Positions 36,717 to 53,566 of a stretch of 64,000 nucleotides of DNA are shown here, one piece after another (positions within the stretch are counted from its first letter, which is position 1; each line of letters begins with the position of its first letter). Location: assembly GCA_021613535.1 (NCBI GenBank), contig CP075497.1:1426001-1490000 (forward strand), read 5' to 3'. The DNA comes from Adineta vaga (taxonomy: Eukaryota > Animalia > Rotifera). The position numbers were made by a program, and so were the translations under genes. A model generated the notes under the pieces. It saw only the letters and a program-made list of their open reading frames with translations, searched no databases and was not told the DNA's origin.

Positions 36717-38267
36717 CTATTTGTTAACAAAATTTTTTAATTTGATAAAAAACTGAAATCAGACAAGCGAAAAGAAAAGAAATACTTGAGAAAATAGTTG
36801 TAATAAAGATAATTTTCATAGTTGAATGTGCTCGTGTTGGTGTTAATAAACTTTCTTGAAATAATTCTAAATCTATTTAAAGAAGAATAATTTTCTTATC
36901 AACAATGAAATTCAATACCTTTTATAAATGATGAACTCGATTGATATTGAATACTTAAACCAAAACAAAATGAACAAATTTTCTTTGAATTCAATGTTTC
37001 ATAACAAGTTCGATTACGTTTATAACTTGTTTCATTATGTTTAATCCATTTCGTAAATGTTGACCATGTACAAATTGATTTTTGATTAATTAAATATTCT
37101 AAATAAAAACAAAATTCATTTCGAAAACTAATCAAAGAAGAAACGAACGACAATTAGATCCATAAACGAATATTTGAATACATTTTTCATTAAAATTATC
37201 TAATTGGTCAATACAACGAATACAATGAATATGATATCCACATTGTTCAAGAAGATTTGGTGTCCATTCGAATTCAATTTGAATTTGATTTCGAATAATT
37301 GTTTCAATTAAGGATTTAATTTTCCAATGAAATTGACTTTGAATTAAACATTGATCAATTTCAATATCACATTGACTTTGTGAAATTAAATCAATTTGAA
37401 TTGTTTCATTTAATAAAATATGAAGAAAATTATTTTCAAAATTTAAGAAATGAATTGTTGGAATTTGATGACAATGTTCACTTCGATTGTCATTATTTAA
37501 ATAAACAAGAAAATGAAATGGTAAACGAGAACGAATTTCATTAATTTTATATTCAATTATTTCAATTTTTATTAAAATTTCATCTTCATCTTTAAATGTA
37601 TTGGCTGGTATTTGAAAAAAACATTTTTTATCAATTAAAATTGAAGATAAAGATATACAATCAAATTCATCTCCATCAGGATCGAAAATTTCAAGAGAAT
37701 AATAAAAATCTTCATAAATATTTATTGAAATATAATCAGGAAAACGAGCAATAGGTGAAGAATTGATTTCATTAAGATTTATATAAGAATTTAATTCAAT
37801 AGGATTGGATAGATCAGACCAATAACCTGAAGGTTTTGAAGGAAATCGAAATTCATAAAATGTTTTCGATGAAATGGAAAGATTTAATCGATTATAAATT
37901 AAACTTTTCGGAGAATCTAAAGTAAAATCAATTATTTCTTTTTTAACGAAAGAAAATGAAAAAAACCATAAGATTTTGAATAACATTCAATATTCGAAAT
38001 ATGATCAGACCAAGATTGACAATTATTCCATGAATTTAAACATTCAAATCCAAATTGTGATTGAATTTCATCGAATTTCGATTGAAAATTATCACATAAA
38101 TGAGAAATTTTATCTGATGATGATAATGTGATTAAAAATTCAATTGTAATTCGATTTGATTCATTAGAAATCAAACGACGCCATGTTATTGAAATTCCTC
38201 GATAATTCAATGCTATTAAACATTCAATACGAGATAACAAACAAAGTATATATAAGAATATTTTCAT
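36717..38267 (-). CDS. Cys-rich type I membrane/secreted protein with a TSP1-like module; apparent frameshift in a T7 run at 37959-37965
   Basis: Signal peptide followed by NYRGISITWR, CTWSTFTKW...RNRTC and a C-terminal hydrophobic segment. The two long ORFs overlap at a homopolymer with no room for an intron. Confidence 0.6.
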
Positions 38268-38325
38268 TGCTGCTTTTTTTTATCAAAGATAACCGCCTTC
38301 TTTCTTATCAAAGTAAATAAAAACA

Positions 38326-39153
38326 ATGAAAAGTATTGAAATATATCAAGTCGATGCATTTACTGATCAATTATTTGCCGGTAATCCAGCAGCTGTATGT
38401 CCATTAGATAAATGGTTAAATGATGATTTATTACAAAAAATTGCATTAGAAAATTGTCTTCCTGAAACAGCATTTTTCGTTCATAGAATTGATAATATAT
38501 ATGACATTAAATGGTTTACACCAGAAATTGAAATGGATTTATGTGGACATGCGACATTAGCATCAGCACATGTTTTATTTAATCATTTAAATTTAAATAC
38601 TAGTGAAATTATATTTCATTCAAATAGTGGACAACTTCTTGTTAAAAAAGAAGAAAATTTAATTATTTTGAATTTTCCATCACGAATACCAATTGAAGTT
38701 GATTTACCAGATATTATTCTAAATGGAATTGGTATAAAACCAATAAAAACGTTGAAATCACGTGATTATCTTTTAATATATGATAATGAAGATATTATTA
38801 AAGAAATTCAACCAAATGAACAAATTTTAAATGAAATTAATCTTGATCCAGGTGGAATTATTATTACTGCTCAAGCAAATAAAAATAATGAAAATATTGA
38901 TTTTGTTTCAAGATTTTTTACACCACAATCAAGTATTTTAGAAGATCCTGTTACGGGTTCAGCACATTGTTCATTAATTCCATATTGGAGTGAACAATTA
39001 CAAAAAGATTCAATGATTGCTTTACAAATTTCAAAAAGAATTGGAAAAATTTTTTGTCAAAATTTAAATGATCGAGTTTTAATTGGTGGAACATGTCAAA
39101 CTTATCTAAAAGGACATATTTATATCCCATTTGATTCATTAAATATTTTATAG
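38326..39153 (+). CDS. PhzF family isomerase/epimerase, intronless, bacterial-like
   Basis: YQVDAFT..FAGNPAAV, PETAF, WFTPEIEMDLCGHATLA, SRFF.P and EDPVTGSAH. Confidence 0.95.
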   Translation: MKSIEIYQVDAFTDQLFAGNPAAVCPLDKWLNDDLLQKIALENCLPETAFFVHRIDNIYDIKWFTPEIEMDLCGHATLASAHVLFNHLNLNTSEIIFHSNSGQLLVKKEENLIILNFPSRIPIEVDLPDIILNGIGIKPIKTLKSRDYLLIYDNEDIIKEIQPNEQILNEINLDPGGIIITAQANKNNENIDFVSRFFTPQSSILEDPVTGSAHCSLIPYWSEQLQKDSMIALQISKRIGKIFCQNLNDRVLIGGTCQTYLKGHIYIPFDSLNIL

Positions 39154-39220
39154 AAATTTTCTATAAGAGTTTTATTAGAAAGGGTGTGAGGGTGAATGAG
39201 AACCCGGTGTCGGTGTGGTG

Positions 39221-39297
39221 TAGAGACGGCGCCAGGATTTTCATTTAGGGGGGGAGGGGGCTCAGCCTCTGTCAGCCCACCTTTGGCGCCGCCACTA
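39221..39297. mobile_element. 77-bp hAT-type MITE with a perfect 8-bp target-site duplication
   Basis: gtgtggtg|tagagacggcgcca ... tggcgccgccacta|gtgtggtg (TSD 39213-39220 and 39298-39305; TIRs 12/14). Confidence 0.9.
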
Positions 39298-39298
39298 G

Positions 39299-39622
39299 TG
39301 TGGTGATTTTTCGCAAGATACAGATGATCTTTCACATCTCTAACGGTATCTCCAACATCCCCGATCTGATGGATATGTGATATCACGCTCTTCGTCTTAA
39401 TGAAAATTGTGACGCTCTCTCTTACATGCGCTGTACGCATGCTGTTTGTCCTCACTTCGGCACATTTTGCTTTACTTTGGTATTACCTTTCCTTTCCTTC
39501 TATTGACGGATGAGTATATAAGCCTGTGTTTTGTATCATATCGATGCGATTTATGTGAGGAAGAAATAAACAAATGCGTAGTTCCATCAGCGCATGCATT
39601 TCCTCCATCAAAAATCGTCACA
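39299..39622 (+). mobile_element. Solo-LTR-like segment
   Basis: TG...CA ends with short inverted termini tgtggtgattttt / aaaaatcgtcaca. An internal TATATAAG (~39515) is followed by AATAAA (~39565). No target duplication is visible. Confidence 0.55.
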
Positions 39623-40014
39623 AAAATGATATTTGTATTACTAAATTCTCTAAAGACAGATGTCCTTAGAAATTAAGAATCGATTGATAATGAACCATTT
39701 GATCAACTCGATCGGTCATGGATGAACAAATCTATTTTAAATCAACCAACAAGTGAATGAAAATTAATGTTCGTCGTTTACTGTCGAAAGAAAAATATCA
39801 TTGGATTAAATAAAATACGAAGAGAAATCGAAAGAAAGAAAAAGAAAAGTAAACATATTCTTTGGTTATTTACGATGTGTTATTGCGAGTACAATAGCTC
39901 GATTATTTTTTCTCTTCTTTTCTTAATGATAATAATCTTGAATATGTCGTTTAGACAATCTATAAAGAAAATCATTCAGTAGAGTAATTTGTTATATTCT
40001 AGATAATTGATCAA

Positions 40015-40879
40015 ATGTCTACGAAAAAAGTTCTTTTTGTCTTAACTTCTCATGGACAATTTCCAAATGGACATCCAACTGGTTGGTATCTACCAGAAGT
40101 AAATCTATTATACTTTTCTTTGTCTAATTCAATATATAGAATATTTGTTTTTATTAAAGGCTGCACATCCATATTATGTATTAGAATCTCATGTTACAAT
40201 TGAATGGGCAAGTCCAAAAGGAGGAAAATGTCCATTAGATCCATCATCAGTTGACAATTTTAAAGATGATGCTGAATGTAAACAATTTTTATCGGATGAA
40301 AAAGCCAAAAATGGTTATGAAAACACCAAAAAATTAAGTGAAGTTAATGCAAATGATTATGAAGCTATCGTTTATGTAGGAGGACACGGTCCTTTATATG
40401 ATTTAGCAGAAGATAAAACAAGTATTAAATTAGCTGAAGAATTTTGGAAACAAGGAAAAATTGTCTCGGCTGTTTGTCATGGACCTGCAGCTATAGGTTT
40501 ATTTTTTAAGAAAAAAGATTTTTAGTTTTAAAATGAATTTCATTTCATTTAAGTTAGTGTTAAAGATGAAAATGGTAAATCAATTGTTGCTGGAAGAAAA
40601 GTAACATCATTTAGTAATGAAGAAGAAGAACAAATGAAATTAACTGATGCTGTTCCATTTCTTGTTGAAACACGTTTAAAAGAACTAGGTGGAAAATATG
40701 AACGAAATGAAAAAGCATGGGGATCACATGTTACTGTTGATGGACAACGTTTGTTTTCACTTTTTTCTTTCCTTTTCTTTTATTTTCTTTCTTTTATTTT
40801 TTTAGTTATTCTTGGCGCAAATCCAGCATCAGCTCATGATTTTGGTGTTGCTATTCTTAATGCTATTCAAAAGAAATAA
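40015..40879 (+). CDS. DJ-1/PfpI family, Hsp31-type glyoxalase III (4 exons), fungal/bacterial-like
   Basis: KKVLFVLTSH, TGWYLPE|AAHPY, ASPKGG..PLDPSS, VGGHGPLYDL, catalytic AVCHGP and GANPASA. Confidence 0.92.
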
Positions 40880-40969
40880 GTTTTCTTCGATATTAATATC
40901 AAACTTATATTTGATTTATCAAAGTAAAATAAACAAATAAAAATTTCGATTGAATTCATTGAAAAGATT

Positions 40970-42655
40970 TTACTGATAATAATAAATTCCTCTATTTAAA
41001 TATGGATAATTAAATCCTACATTAAAGAAATTTCGATTAAATACATTATTTTGAGGTGTTACATAAGGTGTCCAATAATAATTATTTGCCGGATAATTAT
41101 ATGTTTGATCGACTCCATTTGAAACATATAAATTAAATACATTTGCTCCCATTGATTCTTTAGAAAGAAAAAAAGAATTCAAAAAACCTATTTTTGATTT
41201 TGTTCTCGAAAAGAAAACATTTCTTACTCGATTTTCTTAATAAAGAAGGTGTTGGTTGATTTCGTTTCGATTGTTTCTTCTCGGGATTTTTCGCAACCAA
41301 AGATAATTCCTAAAAACATTTTTTAAAATTAATCAACTAAAATTCTTCTTTCACTCAATACCTTTTGTTTAACATTCGAATTCAAAATTCTCTGAAAAAG
41401 AAAATCATTAAAAATATTTTCTCTAAAATCTTATTTTACCGTGTTACTATTAATTGAATTGATTAATTTTTCTTTTTCTGGATGACCAAGATCATTTTCA
41501 ATCAGATTAAATGTATCCGTATTCTATAAAAGAAATAAAATCAATGAACAAATTGAATGAAAGAAAATTTCGTTTACATCTTTCGTACGAATTGCATCAG
41601 CAAATTCTTTTGCTTCAATATAACCGAGATGAATTCCAAGAAGACTAAACGTATGAATACTCTATTGAAAAATAATAATAAGAAGAAATTTTTATTTAAA
41701 ATCAATTTTAATATTTCTTACAGAATTATTACGTATTGCATCAATAAATTTATCTTGTTGAGAAGATTGAAGTTTATCACCCAAGAGACAAAATGTATGA
41801 ATATTCTATGAATGAAGAAAATAATTCATTAAAATTCATTGCATTTTCTTACAGAACTATTTCGAATGATTTGAGCTAATTTTTCCGCTTGAAAATATCC
41901 AAGAAAAGCTCCATCAATACTAATTGTATGAATATTCTAAAACAAAACAAAGAAAGAATTCAAATTGAATTTCTCTTTGTCTTACTGGATTATTTCTTAA
42001 TGCTTCTGTTAACCTTTTGATATCATAATTTGCTACATTAAGATTAAATGATGTTTTTTCTTTTTTAATTTCAATCTTTCTTTTAATAAGACTTAATGTA
42101 TGAATACTCTAAATAAGAAATAAAAGAATTTATTCAAAATATTAACAAAAATAAATCTTACTGAACTGTCACGTATTGCATTGGCAAATTTGCCAATTTC
42201 TGAATAATTATTATGATCTCTTAAAAGTTTAAATGTATGAATATTCTACAAATAAAACAAGAAAAACAAATTTCATTTTTGTTTTGTTTTTTTGAATATT
42301 TCTTACAGAATTATAACGTAATGCATTAGCGAATAGATCACTTTCAAAAACTCCAAGTTGATTTGCCAGAAGACTAAATGTATGAATTCTCTAGAAATAA
42401 ATTTCAAAGTTTATTTCAATAAAATTCAAATCATTTTAATATCATACAGGATTTGCTTTCATTATATTAATTAAGAATTCAATAATTGAATCATTGATAT
42501 GAATTCCTTGAATATGAATTGTATTAAGTATCTTGGAAAAAGAAAATTAAATTATTTTCAAAGAATTAAAGAAGATATTTCCTTACCGTTTTATCTTGAC
42601 TTCTTGTTATTGTTGAATCATCTATTTCAATACTTCCAATCAATTGAATTGTCAT
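40970..42655 (-). CDS. Degenerate RI/NLRC3-like 28-residue LRR protein with one repeat per exon
   Basis: Array of mostly 84-nt phase-0 exons (e.g. 42307-42390 and 42162-42245) encoding (N/S/R)IHT(F/L)SL....LG......FA.A(L/I)R.NS, followed by an Asn/Tyr-rich tail. Confidence 0.75.
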
Positions 42656-43253
42656 CTTTGAAGATCTATTTGAATTTTATTGTATATATAACAAATTATG
42701 AATGAAATATATTTCTAAATTGACAAAAAGAAAAAAAATGAATATTTTCTTTCGATATATTTGTCAATAAGATACACTTTTAATTCTAACATTTGACTAA
42801 TTATACAGATCGACGTGTCAATATCAAAATTGTATATAAAGGTTATATTCTTTCGTTCTTTGGACTTTCACATATATAAAAGCAAAATTAAAATGCATTA
42901 CATTTCACTTGTTTTTCTACCGTTGAATATTTTGTTATGCAAGTTATTTTATGTGTACGTTATATATTTTCATTAACTAATATTACTCAATATGTTTTAG
43001 AGAACAAATTCTATTGATGATACAGTTTAATAAGTGGAAAGACAGAATGATGACCCAGTTATTTTTATTGAAAAACAATTTTCATTTTCATTTTATATTT
43101 CGAAATGAATAAATGATGCAGAACATATTTTGACAATATCCAGATCAATCAATCCGATAGGTATGATGTGAAGTTCAACAATGATAAATGATTTTATTGA
43201 GACAAAATGAAATAATTCTAAATTGAAAAAAGTCTTTTGTTCGAAAAAGTAAA

Positions 43254-47355
<4,102 letters not shown>

Positions 47356-47841
47356 GAGTTATGCTTTCTATTAGATAATATCAAAGCTGTATATATATAT
47401 GCGGTATGAAAAAGAAACCTTAAATGGTTACTTTTACCTCTTTCCTACCGATTGATATTTATTGGAGAATGTTTCATGCCTGAGTAATCATTATAATATT
47501 ATTTAACAAGATAGGTACATCGATATTCATCATTAAAACGACGATTTTTTCCTCTTTCTTTTTTACTCTCTCTCTCTCTACAAAACATATTTATCATTTC
47601 GTTTTTTGTACTCGAATATATAAATGACAATATTTCGTTGTTACTTTCAGTACAAAAAAAAAGACTATTTCTACTCAAATGAATCTTTATCGAATACATG
47701 ATCATCAATAATGAGATCCATTAGTTACAGACGAATGAAGTTGTCTCTTTTCGAATGAAAGTTTATTAAATTAAACAGAAATAAAGGCACAAAGATTTCT
47801 TTTAAAATAAAATCAACTGACGAAAAAATTTCCATGGAAAA

Positions 47842-50800
47842 TTAAAATTGCCAAAGAATAAGATGATTAATCGCATCATCTTTTCCAAAATTTTCATTAT
47901 TAATTTGATAATTTTCAAATCCATCTCCAACAGTCATAATAGATTGATTTTCTTTATTTGAAAGAATAATTCTTACAGGACCAATATGACCAACAGATAA
48001 AGATTTCAATTGAATTGAATTTAATATTAATTTATTTGTTCCATTTATCGATAAATTATCAAATAATTGAGGAATTGTTAAATTAAGAAGAATTCCAGCA
48101 CTTGTTCCAATCCATAATGTTTCTTTTGAAATATTTAATGTACTTATATGAAGACATCCTAATTTATGTGCACGAATGATATCATCACAAACTAAAAGAA
48201 AAAAAATGTGAAAATTTCAGACTCAATCGAGATAAAACAGTTGATAGAAGAAAGAAAGATGTCTTTTTTTCGATAAAATTACTTTGTAATTTTTGTGTAA
48301 TAATCGTTCGAATACTTGTTTCAAATAAACAAACAAAATGTGTTGCATGATAAAGACGAATTTCATGAGAACCTTGTGATGTTATCCAAACATGATGCAT
48401 TAATGAACCACCTGTAATCATACAATTAATATGTCGATGACAATCATCAACAATAAATGAATGCTAATTAAAAGAAGAGAAAAATGAAAAGATTGAATTT
48501 ATTCGAAAACAAAATCATTTACTTGAATTGTTAATGAATCTGTTGAAATAATAAATATTCGATCATGTATTGCACACCATAATTTTCCAGCTGCAATAGT
48601 CATAACTGATATTGGATCATTAGATTCATCATCGGAATATTCATTGGAAGATTTCATTGATGTTTGATTATTTTCATCAATTATTTCAATAATTGGATTA
48701 TCAAAATCCCATTGATCATCTAAAATTCATTTTCTTATTCTTTATCACATAAAATAATTGAATTTATCTTACTAATATCTCTTTTAAAAACAACTAATTG
48801 ACCATGATTTAATGCTAAAAAGACTTTATTATCGAAATATCTAAATAAAATCATAAATAGAAAAGAATTCTTAAATAAAAATAAAAAAAAGAACGAACAA
48901 GATCGAATGAATTGATGAATTCAATTGTTTAACAATTCGATTTTTTCGATGAAAACTTTTCATAATTTCAAATGAATTATAAATAATCAATCTAAATCAA
49001 TCTAACGTATAGAAATCTTTCAACTGAACTTCTTACTCTCCTTGAATTGTTCCTAACCAAATCATATAATGAGTTGAATTTCGTTCCAAAGTAAATTGTT
49101 CATCATCACTTGAATAGAATTCTAAAGATTCATTTGAATTCGAATTTTGTTTCGAAATTTGAATTTGATTGAACGGAATCAATGAAATACAATTAATCTT
49201 TGATGATATGATTGAATTCGAACTTTTAACAATTAATTCTGATTGATAATTAATTAAATAAATATCTCCTTCACTATTACATAAACATAAATCATTGAAA
49301 TCATCACGAATTATTCCACAAGTAAACTAAAATAAATGTTTTTTTTCTTTTAGAAATTTGTCAAATGAAAAACAAACTTGACTTCCGGCACGACGATGTG
49401 GAAGTGTTAAAACATGTTGAAATGTGATATTGTTTCGTCCGGAAAGATTTTCTACTGAAAAGAATTTCAATGAAATTATTTGAAAAGATAATAACGGTTT
49501 TTACGTAAAAGTTTTTTTGCTTCAAGAAAATTCTTTTCCCAGGAAGTTTTTTGGTCAATTGTTGAAAATATAACATTGATTGTTTCGGTGGAATCTCTAA
49601 AATAGATTTGAGAGACTTTAGATAAAGATTAAAATTTAGTTTTCTTTACGTTGTATTTAAGATTAATTGAATATTTCGAGATTTTTCATCGGAGAGACTC
49701 GCTGGTTCAGGGCTTGATTTTCGATGAGGCATTGTTTCATCAATAATATGTTTATTTACTATTTCAACTGTTTCTTTTATTGAATCATCTAATTGCTAAA
49801 ATAAAAGAAAAGATTTCTTTAAAATAAAGAAATCAAACAAACAAACAAACTTGATGAGGAATTGTAATTGTTTTTGATAAATCCGACATTTGCCCAAGTG
49901 TTATTAAATCTTCTTCGAAATGATGATTTTTATCTGATATAGTACTGATTGTTGAATGAGATTTTTTCAATAATGGTGAACTTGACAAGGATGGACGAAC
50001 TTTTTTTAATTGATCTAAATTTCAATCGAATAATAATTCATCCTTGAGTACTCTAAGGAACCGCCTATTAGGTCATGCGGGTACTCTCTTGATGTTTCTC
50101 AAAAACATAAACTCAATATCGACTCAATCGGATGTAATTATAAAGAATTATCGCGTAAACAGCCAGACACACTGATCAGTTCTATAGTGTACTGGCCTTT
50201 TGAGTACACACAAAAGGATAGTTGTTATTTATTGAAAAAAAACGAATCTCACCTGTGTAAATGTCCACATTTTCCAGTGAGATTTTCATAATTAATTTAT
50301 GTTTATTATTTTCGATATATTGTTTACCCGATGGAGAATTCCTAAGAATAGAAAAAAAAAAAGATTTTTCTCTTCTTTTCAAAAGGGAAATATTTACATA
50401 GTAAATGAATTCGTAGATTTTTTTGTTGATGAAAGATTTTTTCTTTTTGAACTTGTTAAAAGAATTAAATCATTAAATAAAAAAATAAATCGATCTTTTT
50501 TTAAACTCGATGATAATTGAAGTGTGACAATCTCATGTGAGATATAATATCTTTCATCATTAACTAACTAAAAAACAAAAGTTCTGTTCTTTTTCTTTTC
50601 TTAAAAAAATAAAACTAACATCATTTAAATTTTCAATAATATCTTGAAGAAATTCTAAAGGATTTTTCGTTGAAATTAATTCAGTTGATCCAACTTCTTT
50701 TTGTACTTGATCAATTTGTTCAGCTAATGAATGAATTTCTAATTGTGCTTTAAGCATTAATTGATAATCAGGATGATTTATATTTGTACATTTAAAAAAA

Positions 50801-53566
50801 TCTTTTAAATATAATTCATATCTTGGAATTCGTTGCACCGGTTGAATTATTAAATCATTCAATGTTAATTTACCACGATGATCACGTGCTTGTTGTTCAA
50901 GAAATTTATTAAATGAAGACATTTCACGACAATTTCCAATTGCTATTTGAGCTGTTGTATAATTATTAACAAAACTTGTATACGTTTCAATAACAGATAT
51001 TCGTGTAAACTAAAAAATTATTCAATTAAAAGAAAAAAGAAATTCGGAAAGTTCGCATTTTATTCTCAGTAGCTACAAAATCAATATCAGATTTGGAACC
51101 AACGTTAAAAACTGAATCAATGCATATATGTTTTAAATAATTTTAAGAAAAAATTTGGTTTCGATAATTCAGTCATTTCTCGAGATATTGATGAGACAAT
51201 TATGTGCACAAAAATTTCAGCTCAATCAGATGTAGTTGTGAAGAATTATCGTGTAAACAGACAACCGGCCACATAGACCGATTATAGTAGTGTACTCACT
51301 TTCTGAATACACTATAAAAGAAAAATGTTTTTATTTACCATTTGTAACAAAAGATCTCCAACGGTTTGTTTATTATCCCATTGAGTTAATTTTTGTGAAA
51401 GTGAAATTAAAAATGCCTAAATAAAGATTAAATTTGCTTTGTTTGAAACTAAAATGACTTGTCATACCGTATGATGTATATGAATTTCTGGTATTTTATA
51501 AAAAATATCATTGATAAGATCATTTGAAACAATATTTTTATCTTTCATTGGTAAATAATATTTCTAAAAGTAAATCAAGTTTTTTCGATTGACGAAATGT
51601 AAACTATTTTACCGTGACAAGATTTTTTAAAGCTTCAACATAAGATTTTTCTGTATCATACATTTGTAAAACAATTGCTTTTCGTTTAGCCTAGAAAAAT
51701 AAAAAGAAAAATTTATGTAAATAAAGAAAAGAAAAGAGAGAGAGAACTTGATTTGAAGATGATTCTTCTTGTGGTTCAGTAAAATGACGTCTTTTTCCAT
51801 AGAAATTTCGATTTGTAATGAATTTCTCTTGATCAATAACAACAGTTTCTGCACGAAGTCGAGTAGTTCTATTCTTGTCTGACATTCTCAAAGAAATTCT
51901 TTTTCTGATATGTCGAGATAAATAGATGGAAAGACAGAATTTTATCTCATCGAATATCTTTGTCATAATAAATGAGAAGAGAAAAGAAATCTATTTATAC
52001 CTCATTTTTGTCATCAATAGTGACACTTGATATCGAAGTTCCAATAGGATTTATTGTATTATTTAAACTCGAAATACTTGTTGATAAATTTGAATTATGT
52101 TCACTTAATAAATTCGATTGATCAGATGAAATTAAATGAGGTGTTGATTGATATGTTAAACAATCAGTCGAAGATAATTCTTCAAAATCTGTATTGATTA
52201 GATCTGTTGGTCTAGGTATTGTATGACTTCGCATAACTCCATTTCGACGATGTAATGATGGACTTCTTCTTGGGAAATCAAAATGATTGATTTGTTCCTT
52301 AAGAAGAAGAAAGATTTCAATAAGAAAAGATCGAATTTCCTCTAACCTGTGAATTTTTATGAAGAATTTTTGGTTGAAAAGGTAAAAAGGTTTTCGAAGG
52401 TAAAATATTTGATGATGATTGTTTTCTTTCTTCATTAAGAAGAGCTAAAAGTGGACGATAGGAATTAATTTGTTCTTCAAGATTTTCTTTTGTTGAACAT
52501 TTTGTTGGAGAAATTGTTTGAATTTTTTGAATAACTTCATTTTCATACGGTGATGAACTAACACTGACACGAATACTTTCAAGATGATTTGTTGAAACTA
52601 AAAGAGAAGAAAAAGTGAACAAAAGAAGTAAATAAAAAGAGAAACTCACTTGAAGATTTATTTGGTTGACGAATTTGAATTCGATGGGGTGAAGAGGATT
52701 TTTTTGTTGAATAAATTAAATCTTCTTGTTTTGTTTTTGTTTCAACTTTTTTATCAAAACAAGTTTGCTCAATTGTAGATAAAACATCACGTATTGGATT
52801 TGAATGACGACGAGATGACAAAGATAAAGAATCAAGTGATGACATCAGAGATTTTCTAGAAGAATTTTAATGAAAAGAATTGAAAAGAATTTTCATTGAT
52901 TTACTTTATTTGATTTCTATTTGAAAAAGTTTGTGCATAAATGAATTGTTTTGGAATTATTCGTTCTAATTCAAATAATTTATGAGTTAAACTTTGAAAA
53001 GAATGATAAATATCGAAAGAATTCGAAAATAAATTAATTTGTTGATTTATTGATAAGAATGATGTTGGATGATTGTTATCAAATGAATAATTAGTTAATT
53101 GATATTGATCAAGATTCTCTTGAGAATAAATTGAATTGATTGAGAAATCAAACTAAATAAGAGTTCGAAAAGGACGAATAGACAATCTATTTGTTATTTG
53201 TTATTACATGAATATATTGATATAGAAAAGAGAATCTTTTCTTTAGATACAACTGGGATAAGCAAAGAAAAAGAAAGAAAACATGTTTCTGTCTCTTCTT
53301 CTAATCATTCGTTCTGTAACCATCAGAGATTAACAAATGTCGATACATATGCCAACCGAATAGAATTAGAGACTTGGCTTATCCAAACGTATTGTAGAAA
53401 AGAAGGACATAATATCGTTCTCTATGCCATTTCTAATAAGACTGATTCTTCTTCTTTTCTTCTTGCAATATTTTCTATTAATGAGCGAACAAAGAAAGAA
53501 AAGAAACAAGCAATTGCTTTTGGCATCGGTGTGTTCTTCATCAGAATAGAAAGACGACATCATCAA
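47842..53566 (-). CDS. ARHGEF17: Rho guanine nucleotide exchange factor 17-like (DH-PH plus C-terminal propeller); N-terminus uncertain
   Basis: DH domain LIIQPVQRIPRYELYLKDFFKCT..HPDY. The C-terminal CDDIIRAHKLGCLHISTL....LWIGTSAGILL and GHIGPVR are typical of ARHGEF17/10. Confidence 0.8.
50040..50215 (+). repeat. Intronic dispersed repeat, Helentron/DINE-1-like fragment
   Basis: ctcaatcggatgta...aagaattatcgcgtaaacag...tagtgtact..tgagtacac is shared with 51220-51315 and ends in a terminal hairpin. Confidence 0.55.
51045..51315 (+). repeat. Intronic dispersed repeat, Helentron/DINE-1-like fragment (second copy)
   Basis: aaaatttcagctcaatcagatgtag...aagaattatcgtgtaaacagac...gtgtactcactttctgaatacac (hairpin). 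A shorter piece, aaaatttcagactcaatcga, lies at ~48211. Confidence 0.55.

Noticed and set aside
39120-39676. ORFs 39120-39455 and 39446-39676
   Set aside because: They run across the MITE and LTR-like DNA and have no recognisable protein features.
41430-42535. CRISPR-like repeat-spacer array (recurring tgtatgaatattct)
   Set aside because: The recurring motif is the splice acceptor plus NIHT codons of LRR exons. The DNA is eukaryotic and has no cas genes.
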